DNA of 40,400 nucleotides, taken from NCBI GenBank assembly GCA_964417945.1, contig CAYQKH010000001.1, positions 3,443 to 43,842 on the forward strand. The letters run 5' to 3'. The translations under genes and the position numbers were made by a program. Shown in pieces: positions 37,145 to 40,400 of this stretch. The notes below the pieces were generated by a model. It searched no databases. It had not been told where the DNA came from and was given only the letters and a program-made list of their open reading frames with translations. Origin of the DNA: an uncultured Opitutales bacterium (lineage in GTDB: Bacteria; Verrucomicrobiota; Verrucomicrobiia; Opitutales; JABSRG01). Each line of letters opens with the position of its first letter. The stretch's first letter is position 1.

Positions 37145-38044
37145 ATGAAAATTCTGGTTACCGGTGCATCCGGCCTTGTCGGATCGGCGATCGTTCAAAC
37201 GGCCCGGGCAGCCGACCACGATGTCGTCGGCACCTCCCGCACCGCCCCTCAAGCCTTCCTCCCGGACGATTCCCTCTCCTGGATCCCCGCCGACCTCACC
37301 GACTCCGGTGCGGTTTCCCGGCTCCTTAAAGCGGCCCGCCCCGAGCTGATTATTAATTGCGCTGCCGTCTCTGAAGCCGTCGAGGTCAACCGCGACCCCG
37401 CTCGGGCCGCCAGCCTCAACGCCCGGCTGCCCGCCATCCTCGCGGCCGCAGCCAATTCCGAGGGCTACCGCTGGATTCACCTTTCCACCGATATGGTTTT
37501 TGACGGCGCGGCCTCGGAGGCCTACGGGCCCTCTTCCTCTCCGTGCCCCTATGGAGCCTATGGCGTGCAGAAGTTGGAAGGCGAGCGCGGGGCCCTCGAT
37601 TCCAACCCGCACGCCGGTGCCGTTGTCCGGATCACGATCGTCAACGGGAACAGCCCCAACCGGACAAGAAGCCTCCATGAAAAGTTGCTTCGCGCCATCG
37701 CTTCGGGAAATCGCCCTAACCTGTTCGTCGATGAGTTTCGCCAACCCGTGTCGGCGCGGAGCGTGGCGCTCGCCTGTCTCCGACTCGGCCAAAAAGAACG
37801 TTTTCAAGGGATCTACCACTGGGCCGGTCGCGATATCCTCAGCCGACACGAAATCGGGATCCGCCTTCTCCGCCGCTTTGGGCTTCCCCCGGAGGCGATC
37901 GCTCCCGCTCGCCGGCCCGAAGAGTACCCGCCCCGGCCTGCCCGACTCGCCTTTGACTCCACACGCCTTCAAGAAGAGGTCGGCATCGAGCCGGAGTCTT
38001 TTGACGCTCAACTCGACGATTTGGAAGCTCCGCTGCCGTCCTGA
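37145..38044 (+). CDS. RmlD-like (dTDP-4-dehydrorhamnose reductase family) SDR oxidoreductase
   Basis: ILVTGASGLVG, INCAA, IHLSTDMVFDG, YGVQK (YxxxK), FVDEFRQP. Confidence 0.88.
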   Translation: MKILVTGASGLVGSAIVQTARAADHDVVGTSRTAPQAFLPDDSLSWIPADLTDSGAVSRLLKAARPELIINCAAVSEAVEVNRDPARAASLNARLPAILAAAANSEGYRWIHLSTDMVFDGAASEAYGPSSSPCPYGAYGVQKLEGERGALDSNPHAGAVVRITIVNGNSPNRTRSLHEKLLRAIASGNRPNLFVDEFRQPVSARSVALACLRLGQKERFQGIYHWAGRDILSRHEIGIRLLRRFGLPPEAIAPARRPEEYPPRPARLAFDSTRLQEEVGIEPESFDAQLDDLEAPLPS

Positions 38045-39285
38045 AGCTCGAGGACCGCCACCGATTCGATGTGCCGGGTCTGTGGAAAGAGGTCAAACGG
38101 CTCCACCGTCAAAAGCTCGTAGCCCGACTCCAGACAGAAAGCAATATCGCGGGCCTGCGTCGAGGGATCGCAACTGACGTAGACCACCCGCCGCGGCCCG
38201 TAACCCGTTAGCTGCCGAAGAAATACCGGGTCGCATCCCTTTCGCGGGGGATCGATCAGAACCGCTGTCGAGGCTCCCGGGAAGGGCACTTCCTCGAAGA
38301 TCGCCTCTGCTGAACCGATTCGGAAACGGCAATGCTCCAGACGGTTGATTGCCGCGTTGTTGATCGCCCAGCGGATCGAACTGGACGAGATTTCGATCCC
38401 CATCGCCGCCCGGAACCGATCGCCAAGGCAGATCGAAAATAAGCCGGTTCCACAGTAGGCGTCCACGAGGTAGTCGATCGTGTCCGTCTTGGCCCAACGC
38501 CCTACCGTTTCCACGAGGGAGGGCAGAATGAAGGGGTTGTTCTGGAAAAAATCACCTGCGCGAAACTGGAAGACCCGGTCACCCACCCGCTCCGTCACGA
38601 CCTCGTCGGGTTCCCGGACCACCCCTTCCTCCACGTCCCGGAGGAGCAGGGTTCCCCCTCGTGCCTTGCTTCGCTCTCGCTGTTCCCGGCGCACCTCCGC
38701 ACGCGCCTGCGGCAGAGCCGAATTGATGGCCTCCGTCGCAATCGGGCATTGCTCGACGTCAATCGTCCTCCGCCGACCCATTCGCAGGAACCCAATCGCT
38801 TCCGGCCCCTCTCCCCGACGGGGACGATCCCAGTGCGGCGTTAACTTCGAGCGATAGTGGTAGGTCCGGGGAGAGGGGTGAGTGGCCGCCACCGGGGGGT
38901 CCGGAACCCGCCCGATCCGCCGGAATATTTCCACCACCTGCTCACGCTTCCACTCCAGCTGCTGCTGGTAATCCAGGTGTTGATACTGGCAACCCCCGCA
39001 TTCCGTAAAAAGCGGACACCGGGGTTCCACCCGGTCGGGCGAGCATTCCAATACCTCAAGGAGGTCGCCTTCGCTGTAAGTTTTCTTGTTCCGGTAAATT
39101 CGGGTCCGAATGCGCTCCCCCGGCAGCGCAAAGGGCACCATCACCACCCAGCCGTTGACCCGCCCCAGGCCGAGCCCGAGGTTGGTCAGCTGCTTGATCT
39201 CCAACTCGACGACTTCATGATAACCAAACGGTTCCGGGACAAAGCCCCGGGGTAGGTTGCTGTTTTCTTGCCCCTTCGATTTCAT
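38008..39285 (-). CDS. RlmD/TrmA-family RNA (uracil-5)-methyltransferase with TRAM domain and Fe-S motif
   Basis: TRAM VPFALPGE; CPLFTECGGCQYQH; FFQNN; DAYCGTG; DPPRKG; YVSC; DLFPQTRHIE. Start MKSKG at 39285. Confidence 0.93.
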   Translation of the reverse strand: MKSKGQENSNLPRGFVPEPFGYHEVVELEIKQLTNLGLGLGRVNGWVVMVPFALPGERIRTRIYRNKKTYSEGDLLEVLECSPDRVEPRCPLFTECGGCQYQHLDYQQQLEWKREQVVEIFRRIGRVPDPPVAATHPSPRTYHYRSKLTPHWDRPRRGEGPEAIGFLRMGRRRTIDVEQCPIATEAINSALPQARAEVRREQRERSKARGGTLLLRDVEEGVVREPDEVVTERVGDRVFQFRAGDFFQNNPFILPSLVETVGRWAKTDTIDYLVDAYCGTGLFSICLGDRFRAAMGIEISSSSIRWAINNAAINRLEHCRFRIGSAEAIFEEVPFPGASTAVLIDPPRKGCDPVFLRQLTGYGPRRVVYVSCDPSTQARDIAFCLESGYELLTVEPFDLFPQTRHIESVAVLELQDGSGASKSSS

Positions 39286-39341
39286 TTTCCGGATAATCTC
39301 CCCCTCGAACGAGTTTCTCAAATCCCATTTTTCCACCCCCT

Positions 39342-40160
39342 ATGGAACGCTCCGTCATCCAGTCCCGGCAAAATCCCCTCGTCAAATCTCTCAGCCGCTT
39401 AAGGAACCGGAAAGATCGGGAAGAACGCCAGCGCTTCCTCGTCGAAGGGCTTCGTGAACTGCAACAGGCCTTGCGTCACGAGGTTTGGATCGAGTCCCTT
39501 GTCGTCTGCCCCGATCACTTTAAATCGCCCGGGCACCACGAATGGCTCCAACAGGCCGAAAACGAGGACGTGGAAATCCTCGAACTCGCACCCGCCGCCT
39601 TTGAGAAAATGTCGAGCCGCGAGAGTCCGGACGGGCTGATCGGAGTGGCCGTCAAGCGCGACTTTCTCCTCGAGGGCGCCAAACTCCCCGACCATCCGCT
39701 TGTCCTTGTCATCGAACAGGTCGAAAAACCCGGAAATCTCGGGGCCATGCTCCGGACTGCCGATGCCGCCGGGGTGGACTGCGTCATTTGCTGCGATCCC
39801 GTCACCGATCTCTACAACCCCAACGTCATCCGCTCCAGCCAGGGCCTTGTTTTTGCCCTTCCCGTTTTCCTCGCCACCTGGGAACAATGTCGACACTTCC
39901 TCCAAAGGAGCGGCATTCAAACAGTTGCCACCACCCCCGCGGCAACCCGTGGAATCTGGGAAACCGACCTTAGCGGCCCCGTCGCCCTCCTCCTTGGGAG
40001 CGAAAAAGACGGGCTCTCCGACGAGGCACTGCGGACTGCGGACCTTCAGGTTTCCATCCCCATGCTTGGTGCCGCCGATTCATTGAACGTCTCCGTTTCC
40101 GCCGCCGTCGTCCTCTTTGAAGCACTCCGCCAACGCCAGACCCGAACCGCTACTCCCTGA
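39342..40160 (+). CDS. TrmH/SpoU-family RNA 2'-O-methyltransferase
   Basis: IQSRQNP, FLVEG, EKPGNLGAMLRTADAAG, GSEKDGL, IPMLGAADSLNVSVSAA. Confidence 0.94.
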   Translation: MERSVIQSRQNPLVKSLSRLRNRKDREERQRFLVEGLRELQQALRHEVWIESLVVCPDHFKSPGHHEWLQQAENEDVEILELAPAAFEKMSSRESPDGLIGVAVKRDFLLEGAKLPDHPLVLVIEQVEKPGNLGAMLRTADAAGVDCVICCDPVTDLYNPNVIRSSQGLVFALPVFLATWEQCRHFLQRSGIQTVATTPAATRGIWETDLSGPVALLLGSEKDGLSDEALRTADLQVSIPMLGAADSLNVSVSAAVVLFEALRQRQTRTATP

Positions 40161-40398
40161 GGCTCGCGGCCAGCCGATCCATTTCCTCCTCGCGATCGAC
40201 CTCCGGCTCGTATCCGAGGTCACGCCGGGCCGCGGAAATATCAAACCAGTGATCCTCCGCCATCTGAAGCGCGACAAAACGCGTCAGCGGGGGCTCCCCC
40301 TTCAGCCGGAAAGTTCGGTAAATCCATTCTATAAGGGCTCCGGCTTTCAGCGCCTTTTTCAGGGAAATCGATCGGGCCGATGAGCTGGGCTCGGGCGT
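40150..40398 (-). CDS. 3' end of a 3-beta-HSD/OleD-like NAD-dependent reductase (5' end outside the window)
   Basis: My translation: ...ISLKKALKAGALIEWIYRTFRLKGEPPLTRFVALQMAEDHWFDISAARRDLGYEPEVDREEEMDRLAASLRE*. Confidence 0.75.
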   Translation of the reverse strand, partial: TPEPSSSARSISLKKALKAGALIEWIYRTFRLKGEPPLTRFVALQMAEDHWFDISAARRDLGYEPEVDREEEMDRLAASLRE

Positions 40399-40400
40399 GC

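Noticed and set aside
38008-38044. Convergent 3' overlaps (also 5263-5266 and 40150-40160)
   Set aside because: Short tail-to-tail overlaps are common in compact bacterial genomes.
2-40160. Apparent clustering of RNA-modification genes (RlmI-like, MtaB remnant, Sua5, RlmD-like, TrmH-like) as one system
   Set aside because: They are scattered over 40 kb in separate transcription units, which fits ordinary housekeeping dispersal.
1-40400. CRISPR arrays, IS elements, prophage or defence systems
   Set aside because: No spaced direct repeats, transposase, integrase, phage structural or nuclease motifs were seen. The only defence-like gene is the orphan methyltransferase.

Overview
Gene-dense bacterial chromosomal window of about 35 CDS plus tRNA-Arg(CCT). 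I found no IS, integrase, phage or CRISPR signal. Gene content suggests Verrucomicrobiota (Opitutia/Puniceicoccales-like), which is an inference. Contents in order: partial RlmI-family rRNA methyltransferase; LptF/G permease; NSS Na+ symporter with a small membrane partner; HAD hydrolase; lipoprotein; a MetE-like Zn thiol-alkyltransferase with a Zn-dehydrogenase; a start-less MtaB/MiaB-like TRAM remnant behind an orphan amino-DNA methyltransferase; a partner-switching module (RsbW-like kinase-GAF-PP2C fusion, stand-alone receiver, divergent STAS); MFS, NCS2 and ABC transporters; a 7-gene DUF3450-ExbB-ExbB-ExbD-ExbD-TonB-TPR operon divergent from a large furin/kexin-like protease with a Trp-rich C-terminal module; glycine-zipper lipoprotein; K+ channel; solo Zn-free rpsR; Sua5; a beta-barrel/short OPX/Wzc polysaccharide export triad with a divergent TPR protein; CNNM/CorC; hisC; RmlD-like; RlmD-like; TrmH-like; and the 3' end of an OleD-like reductase. 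Best novelty candidates: (1) the Wzc with Tyr clusters at both termini inside an export-only locus, (2) the SypE-like kinase/phosphatase switch with no adjacent sigma factor, (3) the receptor-less TonB motor facing the furin-like protease, and (4) the methyltransferase/TRAM junction. All calls come from motif recognition by eye; no searches were run.
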